Below are positions 36,786 to 45,528 of a stretch of 64,000 nt of DNA, piece by piece. Location of the stretch: NCBI GenBank assembly GCA_016220035.1, contig JACRIO010000284.1:31423-95422 (forward strand), given 5' to 3'. Numbering within the stretch: position 1 is the stretch's first letter; every line of letters starts with the position of its first letter. Below the pieces are notes generated by a model. It ran no database searches. It was given only the letters and a program-made list of their open reading frames with translations, and was not told the DNA's origin. The translations under genes and the position numbers were made by a program. This DNA comes from Planctomycetota bacterium. Its GTDB lineage: Bacteria > Planctomycetota > UBA1135 > GCA-002686595.

Positions 36786-37292
36786 GTGCCCGGCATCGAC
36801 GTCGACCGTGCGCGGTGGCGCACGACGCTCGCGTACCAGATCACGCCGACCTTGTCCGCGGGCATCGAGTACAACCCGCTCGCCGACGACGTGGGGTTGA
36901 TCGCGAACTGGCTCGCGCTGCCCGAGACCGACGACGCGCCCGCGCTCATCTTCGGCACGAGCTCCGACCGCATCGGCACGCCGGAGCGGCGCGCGGTGTA
37001 CGGGACGTTGTCGAAGGACCTCGAGGCGTGGACGATGCTGCCGATCGCGCCCTACCTCGGCCTCGCGTACAGCGGCTACGACGAGGAGGTCAATGTCATC
37101 GGCGGCCTGGTCGTGCGCTGGAGCGCGGACTGGTCGAGCACGCACATCTGGGACGGGCACAACCTCCATCACTTGCTCGAGACGACGATCGGCGAGCGCC
37201 ACAACGTCGGCCTGCTCGTCGTCGAGCAGGACGGCGCGTACGACGTGGGGCTCACGTACTCGATCAGCTTCTCGATGCCGTGGGAGAAGTGA
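36786..37292 (+). CDS. hypothetical protein, beta-rich (outer-membrane-like); 5' end problematic
   Basis: GTG at 36786. ...TLAYQITPTLSAGIEYNPL...YLGLAYSGYDEE...DVGLTYSISF. The same frame upstream is coding-like but contains two TGA codons after a signal-like ORF (see findings). Confidence 0.45.
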   Translation: MPGIDVDRARWRTTLAYQITPTLSAGIEYNPLADDVGLIANWLALPETDDAPALIFGTSSDRIGTPERRAVYGTLSKDLEAWTMLPIAPYLGLAYSGYDEEVNVIGGLVVRWSADWSSTHIWDGHNLHHLLETTIGERHNVGLLVVEQDGAYDVGLTYSISFSMPWEK

Positions 37293-37309
37293 CGCGGGTG
37301 CGCCGCGTC
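37291..37309. terminator. short hairpin between convergent genes
   Basis: GACGCGG-GTGCG-CCGCGTC (7-bp stem) fills the 18-nt gap between the stops at 37292 (+) and 37311 (-). Confidence 0.3.
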
Positions 37310-37310
37310 C

Positions 37311-37913
37311 TCACGCGCTGATCGCGGCGAACATCCAGGCGAAGAGGATCGAGCTCGCGCATCCGATCGCGGCGAGCGCGGCCGCGGCCGACCAGCTCGT
37401 GAGGACACCGTGCTTGCGCTGCAGCCACCAGCACGCGCAGCCCTCCGCGACCTTTTGCAGGACGAGCAGGAGCCACCACCCGTTCGCCGGGAACGACGCG
37501 AAGTAGTCGAGCTTCAGCGTGCGGCCGACGACCCAGGCGAGGAACGGCAGCGAGGCCGCGACGACACCCCACGTCCAACGCGAATCCATCGACTCGCCGT
37601 GCACGAGGTCGCTCAGCTTCGACGGCAACCAGGCGAACAGGACAACGGTCACGAGCGCGGTCAGCAGCGCACCGATGGGAGCGACGAGCAGGTAGACGGT
37701 TCCGTCTCCGGCGAGCGGATGCCTCTCAGCGAGCTCATGCAGGGAGGCTGTCAGGTTCGGATCGAACACGAGACGCACGCCGGCGACGACCGCGTTCAGG
37801 ACGAGCAGCTTGATCACGAGGCGCCAAGCGACGCGCCAAGACTGCTCGTCGATGAAGTCTCGCAGTCTGCGAGGCGACTTCGATCCGACGGAATGGGTTG
37901 CGACGGCGTTCAC
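37311..37913 (-). CDS. integral membrane protein, hypothetical
   Basis: 200 aa with 4-5 hydrophobic helices (WRLVIKLLVLNAVVAGV, VYLLVAPIGALLTALVTVVLFAW, WGVVAASLPFLAWVV, GWWLLLVLQ, AAALAAIGCASSILFAWMFAAI). Confidence 0.6.
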   Translation of the reverse strand: MNAVATHSVGSKSPRRLRDFIDEQSWRVAWRLVIKLLVLNAVVAGVRLVFDPNLTASLHELAERHPLAGDGTVYLLVAPIGALLTALVTVVLFAWLPSKLSDLVHGESMDSRWTWGVVAASLPFLAWVVGRTLKLDYFASFPANGWWLLLVLQKVAEGCACWWLQRKHGVLTSWSAAAALAAIGCASSILFAWMFAAISA

Positions 37914-37955
37914 GAGTTCTCTCCAAGGCCAGAATCAATCGCCGCGCTCGATTTG

Positions 37956-40340
37956 TCAACGCTGCGCGGCTTCGAGCCGCGCCCGCGCGAGGCGCAGGCT
38001 GTTCAGCACCACGCTCACCGAGCTCAGTGCCATCGCTCCGCTCGCGAGGACGGGTGAGAGTTGCACGCCGAACGCCGGGTGCAGCGCTCCCGCCGCGATC
38101 GGGATCATCACCACGTTGTAGCCGAAGGCCCAGTACAGGTTCTGGCGCATCGTCGCGAGCGCGCGGCGCGACAGTCGAATCGTGCGCGCGACGCCGTGGA
38201 GGTCCGGGCGCATCAGCGTCACGTCGCTCGCTTGCACCGCGACGTCCGCGCCGGCGCCGAGCGCGATGCCGAGGTCCGCGCGCGCGAGCGCCGGTGCGTC
38301 GTTGACGCCGTCGCCGGCCATCGCGACGACGCGGCCTTCGCGCTGCAGGCGCTCGAGCTCCGCCACCTTGCCTTCGGGCAGCACGTCCGCGACGACGCGC
38401 TCGATGCCGGCCTCGCGCGCGATCGCCTCCGCGGTGCGGCGCTGGTCACCGGAGAGGAGCACGACGTCGAGGCCCATCGCGCGGAGCTCCGCGACGACGG
38501 CGCGCGCTTCCGGGCGCAACGGATCACGCGCAGTGATCAGGCCCGCGAGGCGGCCGTCGATCGCGACGTACACGCAGGTCGCTCCGCGCTCCGCGGCGGC
38601 GTCGGCTTCGCGCGTGAACGGGTCGGGCGCGACGCCTTCCTCGCGCAGGTACGTCGCGTTGCCCGCGAGCACGCGCTTGCCGCCGACGCGCGCTTCGGCG
38701 CCGCGTCCCGGGCGCGACGCGAACGCTTCGACGGTTTCGCGCGCGAGCCCGCGCTCGTCCGCCGCGCGCACGATCGCGCCGGCGAGCGGGTGCTCGGACG
38801 ACGCTTCGAGCGACGCCGTGAGGCGCAGGAGCTCGTCCTCGACGATCGCGACGTCCGGCGCGAGCACGATGCGCTCGACCGCCGGCCGTCCCTCCGTCAG
38901 CGTGCCCGTCTTGTCGAACACGACGGTGTCGACCTCGCCCGCGCGCTGCAGCGCCGCGCCTCCGCGCACGAGGATCCCCTCGCGCGCCCCGCGGCCGCTC
39001 GCGACGACGATCGCGGTCGGCACCGCGAGCCCCATCGCGCACGGGCACGCGATCACGAGCACCGCAACCGCCGCCGCGACCGCGCGCGGAAGCGCGTGTT
39101 CGCCTCCGAGCGTGAACCACGCCGCGAAGGTCGCGAGCGCGATCCCGATCACGGTCGGCACGAAGACGGCGCTCACGCGATCCGCGAACTGCTGGATCGG
39201 CGCTCGCGACGCCTGCGCGCTCTTGACGAGCTCGACGATGCGCGCGAGAACGCTGTCCGCGCCGAGCGTCGTCGCGCGGTAGCGCAGGGCACCCGTGCCG
39301 TTCATCGAGCCGCCGATCACGGCGTCGCCGGCGGATTTCGCGACGGGCATCGACTCGCCGGTCAGGATCGCCTCGTCGACCGCGCTGGCGCCCCCGACGA
39401 CGACGCCGTCGACCGCGAGGCGCTCACCCGGCCGCGCGAGCACGACCTCGCCGGGACAAACGTCCTCGAGCGCGATTTCGAGCTCCTTCCCGCCGCGCTC
39501 GACGCGCGCACGCGCCGGCTGCAGGCGCACGAGCGCGCGCAAGGCGTCGGTCGTTCTGCGGCGCGCGCGGTGTTCGAGCAGGTTCCCGAGCAGGACGAGC
39601 GCGACGAGGAAGACGACCGCCTCCCAGTAGACCTCCGGCGCGAGGCCGTGCGCGCGGAACCAGCCCGGAAATAGCGTCGCGACGAGCGACCACGCCCACG
39701 CGGCGCCCGTGCCCGTCGCGATCAGCGTGTTCATGTCCGTCGTGCGGTTCGCGAGGCTCGACCAGGCGCGCACGAAGAAGCGCCGACCCGCCCACGCCAA
39801 GACGAAGGTCGTCAGCACGAGCACGAACCCGGCAAGGACGCGCGTGTCGATCGCGAAGAGCCACGGCAGCACGACACGCGCGGCCGGATCGACACGCTCC
39901 ATCGCCCACGCCATCAGCGGATCGGCCGCGTGCGCGTGCTCCGTTCCGCTCATCAGCGGCAGGCTCGCGACCATGACCACGAGGCCGGCGCCGAGCGCGG
40001 CAAGCGCGTGCCGACGGAGTTCCGCGTACTCACGCTCCTCCAACGCCGCGCGCGCATCCTCCTCCGCGAGCGCGCCGCGACCGGCGGGCGGGAGCGCGGC
40101 CGTGTACCCGCTGTCCTCCACCGCGCGCAAGACCTCCTCGCTCCCCACGCGCGCGGGGTCGATGCGGACGCGCGCGCTGTTCCCGAGCAGGCTGACGCTC
40201 GCGTCGAGCACGCCCGGAACGAGCGCGAGGGAGCGTTGGACGTGCGCCTGGCACGCCGCGCACGTCATGCCCGTGACGTCGAGCCGCAGCTCGATCGTCG
40301 ACGGCGCCGGCTTCGACGCGCTCGGCGCGGAGGAGCTCAT
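37956..40340 (-). CDS. copA: copper-translocating P1B-type ATPase
   Basis: N-terminal HMA domain GMTCAACQAHV, TM6 CPC motif (ACPCAMGLAVP), phosphorylation site DKTGTLT, and GDGVNDAPAL. Confidence 0.93.
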   Translation of the reverse strand: MSSSAPSASKPAPSTIELRLDVTGMTCAACQAHVQRSLALVPGVLDASVSLLGNSARVRIDPARVGSEEVLRAVEDSGYTAALPPAGRGALAEEDARAALEEREYAELRRHALAALGAGLVVMVASLPLMSGTEHAHAADPLMAWAMERVDPAARVVLPWLFAIDTRVLAGFVLVLTTFVLAWAGRRFFVRAWSSLANRTTDMNTLIATGTGAAWAWSLVATLFPGWFRAHGLAPEVYWEAVVFLVALVLLGNLLEHRARRRTTDALRALVRLQPARARVERGGKELEIALEDVCPGEVVLARPGERLAVDGVVVGGASAVDEAILTGESMPVAKSAGDAVIGGSMNGTGALRYRATTLGADSVLARIVELVKSAQASRAPIQQFADRVSAVFVPTVIGIALATFAAWFTLGGEHALPRAVAAAVAVLVIACPCAMGLAVPTAIVVASGRGAREGILVRGGAALQRAGEVDTVVFDKTGTLTEGRPAVERIVLAPDVAIVEDELLRLTASLEASSEHPLAGAIVRAADERGLARETVEAFASRPGRGAEARVGGKRVLAGNATYLREEGVAPDPFTREADAAAERGATCVYVAIDGRLAGLITARDPLRPEARAVVAELRAMGLDVVLLSGDQRRTAEAIAREAGIERVVADVLPEGKVAELERLQREGRVVAMAGDGVNDAPALARADLGIALGAGADVAVQASDVTLMRPDLHGVARTIRLSRRALATMRQNLYWAFGYNVVMIPIAAGALHPAFGVQLSPVLASGAMALSSVSVVLNSLRLARARLEAAQR

Positions 40341-40346
40341 GTTCGG

Positions 40347-40559
40347 TCAGCGCGCGGCGCTCGCGCGCGCCGGGTAGCCGGCGTCGGCGAGCGACGCGAG
40401 CACCCGCTCCATCGCCGCGGGCTCGTCCGCGAGCGCGATGCGCGCGGACCCGACCTGGACGTCCTCGATGCGCACCTCCGGCATGCGTTCGAGCGTCTTG
40501 CGCACGCGCCCGACGCAGTGGCCGCAGGACATGCCTTCGATCTGGAGCTCGACGGTCAT
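40347..40559 (-). CDS. copZ: heavy-metal-associated copper chaperone (CopZ-like)
   Basis: Start taken at ATG 40559: MTVELQIEGMSCGHCVGRVRKTLERMPEV... (MxCxxC ferredoxin-like HMA fold). 6 nt upstream of copA. Confidence 0.8.
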   Translation of the reverse strand: MTVELQIEGMSCGHCVGRVRKTLERMPEVRIEDVQVGSARIALADEPAAMERVLASLADAGYPARASAAR

Positions 40560-40596
40560 CACTCGCGGGTCCTCCATCGCGCGCCGTGTTCGCGCC

Positions 40597-41001
40597 TCAC
40601 GGCATCGCCGCGGTCGCTTCGATCTCGACCAGGGCACCTTCCTCGATCAGCCCCGCGACCTGCACGAGCGCCATCGCGGGATACGTCCGGCCCATGAGCT
40701 CGCGCCACGCGGCGCCGATTTCCTTCGTGCGCGCGAGGTAGAGCTGCTTGTCGGTGACGTAGACCGTGAGCCGCACGACGTGCTCGGGCTTGCCGCCGGC
40801 GGCCGTGACGATCTCCATCACGTTCTTCAGCGCCTGCTCGAACTGCAGCGCGAAGTTGCCCTTGCCGACGATGCGCTGATCCCTGTCCCACGCGACCTGG
40901 CCGGCCACGAAGAGCAGCCGCCCCGCGCCCTTCACGAGCACGCCGTTCGCGTAGCCGCTGGGCTTCTGCCAGTCCTTCGGTTGGATGTATTCGAGGTTCA
41001 T
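40597..41001 (-). CDS. RidA/YjgF/YER057c family protein
   Basis: ATG at 41001 overlaps the SDR stop (ATGA). ...LLFVAGQVAWD...NFALQFEQALKNVMEIV..AGGKPEHVVRLTVYVTD...PAMALVQVAGL...ALVEIEATA. Confidence 0.8.
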   Translation of the reverse strand: MNLEYIQPKDWQKPSGYANGVLVKGAGRLLFVAGQVAWDRDQRIVGKGNFALQFEQALKNVMEIVTAAGGKPEHVVRLTVYVTDKQLYLARTKEIGAAWRELMGRTYPAMALVQVAGLIEEGALVEIEATAAMP

Positions 41002-41810
41002 CGCCACCTCACCGCCTCTCCCTCGTTCACGCCCATGCGCGCGCCGACGAGCTCGGCGACCGCGCCGTTCTGGTCGCCTTGGAGCAGCGCGAGCACCGCG
41101 TCGGCGACCTCGTCCCCCGTGACGAGCGCGCCGCCGGGGTTCTGCGCCGCGAGCAACGCGCGCGTCTCGGCCTCCGAACGCTTCGTCTTCGCCACGATGC
41201 GCTCGACCGATGCATCGGTCATCGGCGAATCGACGTAGTGCGGACAGACGAGGTTCATCGTGACGCCCGTTTTCGCGAGCTCCTTCGCGGCGCTCACTGA
41301 GTATCCGACCAGCGCGTGCTTCGACGCGCAATACGCAGCAACGTACGCATGCCCGTGCAATCCGGCGGAGGACGCGACGTTGACGACGCGCCCGTACTTC
41401 CGCTCGATCATCCCCGGCACGAGCGCCTCGATCAGACGCCGCGGACCGTGGAAGTTGACGTCGAGGTGCTTCGCGTAGAGGTCCTCGCCGCCCGCGCGTC
41501 CGTGCTGCAGGAACGGCGCCGACACCGCGATGCCGGCGTTGTTCACGAGCCAGTCGATGGCCCCGATCCCGCCCGCGAGCTCGCGCGCTTCCGCCAGCGC
41601 CTCGTCGAACATCGAGAAGTCCGCGACGTCGAGGTAGAGCGGCCACGCCGTGCCGCCGCCGTCGACGATCTCGTCGACGACCGCGATGCACGCCTCCTGG
41701 CTGCGCGCCGCGACGAACACGGCCGCCCCCGCGCGCGCGACACGCAGCGCGATGGCGCGCCCGATGCCGCGCCCTCCGCCGGTCACCAACGCGACGTGCC
41801 GCCGTTCCAT
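40998..41810 (-). CDS. short-chain dehydrogenase/reductase (SDR)
   Basis: Internal ATG at 41810: MERRHVALVTGGGRGIGRAIA (TGxxxGxG), NNAG, catalytic ...SSAG...YCASKHAL... Confidence 0.85.
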   Translation of the reverse strand: MERRHVALVTGGGRGIGRAIALRVARAGAAVFVAARSQEACIAVVDEIVDGGGTAWPLYLDVADFSMFDEALAEARELAGGIGAIDWLVNNAGIAVSAPFLQHGRAGGEDLYAKHLDVNFHGPRRLIEALVPGMIERKYGRVVNVASSAGLHGHAYVAAYCASKHALVGYSVSAAKELAKTGVTMNLVCPHYVDSPMTDASVERIVAKTKRSEAETRALLAAQNPGGALVTGDEVADAVLALLQGDQNGAVAELVGARMGVNEGEAVRWR

Positions 41811-41872
41811 GCGCGCCAGTCTGCGCGACGCCGCGCGAGCCGACAAGGAGCGCGCTGCAGCCGCGCGACGAG

Positions 41873-41952
41873 GCGCATCCATCCGCGGGGCACGCGCTGC
41901 GGCCGCTCGACGCCGCGGATCCATCCGCGAGGAACGCGCTGCGGCCGCTCGA
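41873..41952. repeat. two tandem copies of a ~42-bp unit upstream of the SDR-RidA-CopZ-CopA gene string
   Basis: GCGCATCCATCCGCGGGGCACGCGCTGCGGCCGCTCGA (41873-41910) and GCGGATCCATCCGCGAGGAACGCGCTGCGGCCGCTCGA (41915-41952) differ at 4 positions, with a 42-bp period. Located between the SDR start (41810) and the upstream gene stop (41999). Confidence 0.75.
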
Positions 41953-41998
41953 TGAGAGACTTCCCCCCGCCCCGGCGGGACGCGCGCGTCTCAGGCGC

Positions 41999-42718
41999 TC
42001 ACTTCGAATCGCTGCGCCACTGCTTCCACATCGGCGCGACCTTCTCGTGCTTCTGCACGCCGGCGTAGACGAGCTTGCGCAGGCGCTCCGCCCGCGCGCC
42101 CTCGACCGTCGCTCCCTCCGCCACGATCAACGCCTGCCCCAGTACCTTGAACGCGCCGCTCGCGAACGGCTGGTAGGCCTGGATCACCGTGATCGGCTCC
42201 TTCATCTCGTGCGACCAGGCATCGACGGCGAGCACGTCCACCTTCCCCGCCTCGCTCGATTGGACGCCCGAAAGCTCGAACGCGCGCTCGTCCATCAACC
42301 CCTCGCGCGCGAACGCCCAGGCATCCAGCGTGCTCTGCTTCTTCGCGAGCGCCGCCTTCCCACCCTGGATCGCGAGCTCCTGCGTCTCCGCCTCGAAGCG
42401 CATGAGCTGCAAGTCGGTCCCGCGCCGCACGAACGCCAAGGGCGCCAACGCCTGCCCCGCGACCAGGTCGCTCACGCTCCAAGCCGCATGCGCGAGCGCA
42501 AGCCCCCCGAGATGCAACGTCCCCTCCGGAACCTCGACCTTCCGCGTCACTCGCGCGCACCGTAACGCCGCGCGCGAGGAGAAGCCACGCCCAACGACCA
42601 CAAGCTCGCGCAACCTGCCGCGTGGGGCCGTCGACGCCGAGCGGACCGCTGGATCGGGGAGCGCCGAGGCCCCGTCATCGACGACATCACGAACCCGTCG
42701 CGGAGCTTGGTTGCGCAT
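41999..42718 (-). CDS. hypothetical protein (start uncertain)
   Basis: The C-terminal ~180 aa are protein-like (...LHLGGLALAHAAWSVSDLVAGQALAPLAF...ITVIQAYQPFASGAFKVLGQALIV...). The first ~55 codons are Arg/Pro-rich and may not be translated (possible GTG start at VTRKVEVPEG). No family recognised. Confidence 0.45.
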   Translation of the reverse strand: MRNQAPRRVRDVVDDGASALPDPAVRSASTAPRGRLRELVVVGRGFSSRAALRCARVTRKVEVPEGTLHLGGLALAHAAWSVSDLVAGQALAPLAFVRRGTDLQLMRFEAETQELAIQGGKAALAKKQSTLDAWAFAREGLMDERAFELSGVQSSEAGKVDVLAVDAWSHEMKEPITVIQAYQPFASGAFKVLGQALIVAEGATVEGARAERLRKLVYAGVQKHEKVAPMWKQWRSDSK

Positions 42719-42754
42719 CCGTCGCTAGCGCACGCCGAGCGCCTCCGTCGTCAG

Positions 42755-43648
42755 CTACCGCGAGGCCCGCGGTCGCTTCCTCCGCTTCGGCGCGAGCTCA
42801 GCCTCGATCTCCTCCACGGTGGGCAGGGCTGACCGTAGCTTCGTCGGCAGCGCGCGCGTCAGCTCGTAGGTCGAGATGCCGATCGGCTTGTCGATGCCGA
42901 CGAAGCTGTACTCGGCCAGGAGCTGGTCGCGCGTCTGGCAGAGGATCAGGCCGATGGTCGGAGCGTCGGTCGGGTGCTTGAGTCGGTCGTTGACGACGTT
43001 GCAGTAGAAGTTCAGCTTCCCGGCGTACTCGGGTTTGAACCTGCCCTTCTTCAAATCGATGACGACGAACGCCCGCAGCCGCAAGTTGTAGAATAGGAGG
43101 TCGATGTAGAAGTCCTCGCCGCCGATGTCGAGGCGGTACTGCCGGCCGACGAAGGCGAAGCCCTGGCCGAGTTCAAGCAGGAACTTCTCCAAGTGCCGGA
43201 CGAGTTCGGTTTCGAGTTCGCGCTCCTGGAACGGCTCGGTGAGGGTGAGGAAGTCGAAGACGTAGGGGTCCTTGAGCGACTGCTGCGCGAGGTCCGACTG
43301 CGCAGCGGGAAGGAGCGCGGCGAAGTTGGAGACGACCTTCCCCTGCCGCGCGTGAGCCCGGGCCTCGATCAGCAGACCGAGGACGTTCCGGCTCCACCCG
43401 TTGGCGAGCGTCTGCTCCATGTACCAACGGCGAGTGGGGAGGTCCTTGACCTTCTCCATGAGGGTGACGTGGTGCGCCCACGGCACGAGCCAGAGGAGCG
43501 AGTCGTGGGTTCGTGCAAGCGGTGCTTGCACCGCCCGCGCGGGCACTCCTCCCGCAAGTCGCACCGCTCCCCCCGACGCTGCCGATTTCGCCACTGCCGG
43601 TGGCGAAAAGTCGGAGGGCCGTGGATAGGCCCGCTGGAAGGCGATCAT
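42755..43648 (-). pseudogene. PDDEXK nuclease of the YhcG/DUF1016 family, apparently lacking its N-terminal ~80 aa
   Basis: ...LLWLVPWAHHVTLMEKVKDLPTRRWYMEQTLANGWSRNVLGLLIE...DPYVFDFLTL...ELETELVRHLEKFLLELGQGFAFVGRQYRLDIGGEDFYIDLLFYNLRLRAFVVIDLKKGRFKPEYAGKLNFY... is a typical DUF1016 core. Homology starts abruptly at MIAFQRAYP (43648). The track ORF upstream of that is Arg/Pro-rich non-homologous sequence. Confidence 0.7.
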
Positions 43649-43755
43649 GCGGTCATGGTCGCGCCCTGGCTGTGGGCCCCCGGCCAACCGGGAACCGAGC
43701 CCACGAGGAGGCCGGTCTCCGGGTCGCGCTCGACGATCATGTGGTACGAGCGCAT
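43645..43755 (-). pseudogene. HicB-family antitoxin N-terminal fragment (36 codons)
   Basis: Hand translation gives MRSYHMIVERDPETGLLVGSVPGWPGAHSQGATMTA* with G/C-rich third positions. It matches the HicB/UPF0150 N-terminal pattern (Y.v.iE.D.e.G.yva.vP.lPGc.sQG.T) but stops where homologs continue. Its TGA overlaps the ATG at 43648 (ATGA). Too short for the ORF track. Confidence 0.55.
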
Positions 43756-43815
43756 GTGGTTGCTTCCTCGGTGGGCGGTCGTCCGTCAGTCTACGGACGG
43801 TACCTTTCTCGCGTG

Positions 43816-45327
43816 ATGCACCCCGCCACACGCCACCTGCCGACGACGACGTGGCCCACCCGTGAGCAGGCAGCCGCGGCGATCCTCTTCTCGTCGGCGT
43901 CGCTCGGGCCGGCGACGACTCGAACGCGCACTTGGGTCCCCGCGATGGTGCCGTGGCGCGCGTCCGAGACCGGCGACGTCACGCCGGCGGTGCACGCTTG
44001 GTACGCGCGCTTCGCTCAGGGGCTGCCCGGCGTGCTCGTCGTCGAGGCTACTGGGATTCGCGACGTCCCCTCGGGGCCGCTCCTGCGCATCGGCGATGAT
44101 CGCTACGTGCCGGGATTGCGCGAGCTGACGTCGGCGGTGCGCGAGGCGTCGGGAGGGCGGACGAAGCTCCTCGTCCAGCTCATCGATTTCCTCGCGATCA
44201 AGCGCCGGCCCGAGCCCGCGACGTTCTTCCGGCGCCATCTGGCCGTCACGCAGGAGCACCGCGCGCGCCTCGCCGAGCTCGATCCGACGCTTGCCGGCGC
44301 GGACGACGCGGTCTTGCGTGAGCGCATGCTGGCGCTGTCCGCGTCGCGGCTCGCCTCCGTGCTCGCGCCGCGCGAGCTCGACGATCTCACGCGCGGCTAT
44401 CGCGAGCGCATCACCGACACGCACCTCCCCCACATCGCGGCGCTCCCGCGCGAGCTCCCGCCGCTCTTCGCCGCGGCGGCGCGCCGCGCGGAGCAGGCCG
44501 GTTTCGACGGCGTCGAGCTCCACTACGCGCACGCCTACACCATGGCGTCCTTCCTCTCGCGCCTGAACACGCGCACCGACGGCTACGGCGGTGCGCTCGA
44601 ACACCGCGCGCGGCTCGCCATCGAAGTGTTCCAAGGCGTGCGAGCGGCCGTGAGCTCGCGCTTCGTCGTCGGCTGTCGGCTCCTGGGCGACGAAGTGATC
44701 GACGACGGCTCGCGCATCGACGACGCGATCCACCACTCGCTCGCGCTCGCCCGCGCCGGGATCGACTTCGTCTCCGTCTCCAAGGGCGGCAAGTTCGAGG
44801 ACGCGAAGGAGCCCAAGGTCGGCGAAGCGATCTACCCCTACACGGGTCCGAGCGGCCACGAGTGCATGCCCACGCGCAAGATCGACGCGCGCGGACCGTT
44901 CGGGCGCAACCTGCACCTCGCGCGCGCGATCCGCGACGCGCTGCGTGCCGCGGGACGCGTGACGCCCGTCGTCGGCGCGGGCGGCATCAACTCCTTCGAG
45001 CTCGCCGAGGACGCGCTCCGCACCGGCGCGTGCGACTTCGTCGCGAGCGCGCGTCAGTCGCTCGCCGATCCGGACTGGTGGCGCAAGATGGAGCTCGGCC
45101 GCGGCGCCGAGGTCCGCCGCTGCGTCTTCACGAATTACTGCGAAGCGCTCGACCAGCGCCACGAGCAGGTCACTTGCCAGCTCTGGGACCGCGAGCTCGA
45201 TGCGCCGGATCCGACGTCCCGCGACGGCGCGATCGCCCGCTCGCACGACGGCAGGCGTCGGCTCGTGCCGCCCGCGTGGGACGCGGACGAGGAGCCCCGT
45301 CGACGGCCGGGTCCGGCGTCGCTGTAG
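43816..45327 (+). CDS. Old Yellow Enzyme-family NADH:flavin oxidoreductase (dienoyl-CoA reductase-like TIM barrel)
   Basis: ATG at 43816. ...GLPGVLVVEATGIRD...KLLVQLID...AEQAGFDGVELHYAHAYTMASFLSRLNTRTDGYGGALEHRARLAIEV...VGAGGI...CDFVASARQSLADPDW... Confidence 0.8.
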   Translation: MHPATRHLPTTTWPTREQAAAAILFSSASLGPATTRTRTWVPAMVPWRASETGDVTPAVHAWYARFAQGLPGVLVVEATGIRDVPSGPLLRIGDDRYVPGLRELTSAVREASGGRTKLLVQLIDFLAIKRRPEPATFFRRHLAVTQEHRARLAELDPTLAGADDAVLRERMLALSASRLASVLAPRELDDLTRGYRERITDTHLPHIAALPRELPPLFAAAARRAEQAGFDGVELHYAHAYTMASFLSRLNTRTDGYGGALEHRARLAIEVFQGVRAAVSSRFVVGCRLLGDEVIDDGSRIDDAIHHSLALARAGIDFVSVSKGGKFEDAKEPKVGEAIYPYTGPSGHECMPTRKIDARGPFGRNLHLARAIRDALRAAGRVTPVVGAGGINSFELAEDALRTGACDFVASARQSLADPDWWRKMELGRGAEVRRCVFTNYCEALDQRHEQVTCQLWDRELDAPDPTSRDGAIARSHDGRRRLVPPAWDADEEPRRRPGPASL

Positions 45328-45472
45328 GTTCGGCGGGACTCCATGCCCGCGCGCCGTGCCCGCGCGCCGCGCACGCACGCGCGCGCGACGCGAGCACGCA
45401 ACTCCGTCGCGCGCGACTCGATCATGGAGTCGCGGAGCTCGCCGACGCGCGCGCTCCGCCCGCAGGAGACGG

Positions 45473-45502
45473 CGCCGCCCGGGGCCGTGGCCCCGGGCGG
45501 CG
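45473..45502. terminator. GC-rich hairpin between convergent genes
   Basis: CGCCGCCCGGGGCC-GT-GGCCCCGGGCGGCG is a perfect 14-nt inverted repeat (effective stem ~12 bp). Lies between the stops at 45327 (+) and 45529 (-). Confidence 0.45.
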
Positions 45503-45528
45503 CGTGAGCAAGCGGAGACTCGCTTCGC

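Noticed and set aside
43756-43830. A hicA toxin gene upstream of the HicB-like fragment
   Set aside because: All three minus-strand frames hit stops within about 25 codons, and the space is occupied by the start of the divergent OYE gene. No HicA-like sequence is readable.
45338-45435. Second palindromic element (GACTCCATG ... CATGGAGTC, ~80-nt spacer) possibly related to the queC insert
   Set aside because: The arms are only 9 bp perfect, and similarity to the queC element is limited to GGAGTC. In G+C-rich DNA this is within chance expectation. A genome-wide search is needed before calling it a repeat family.
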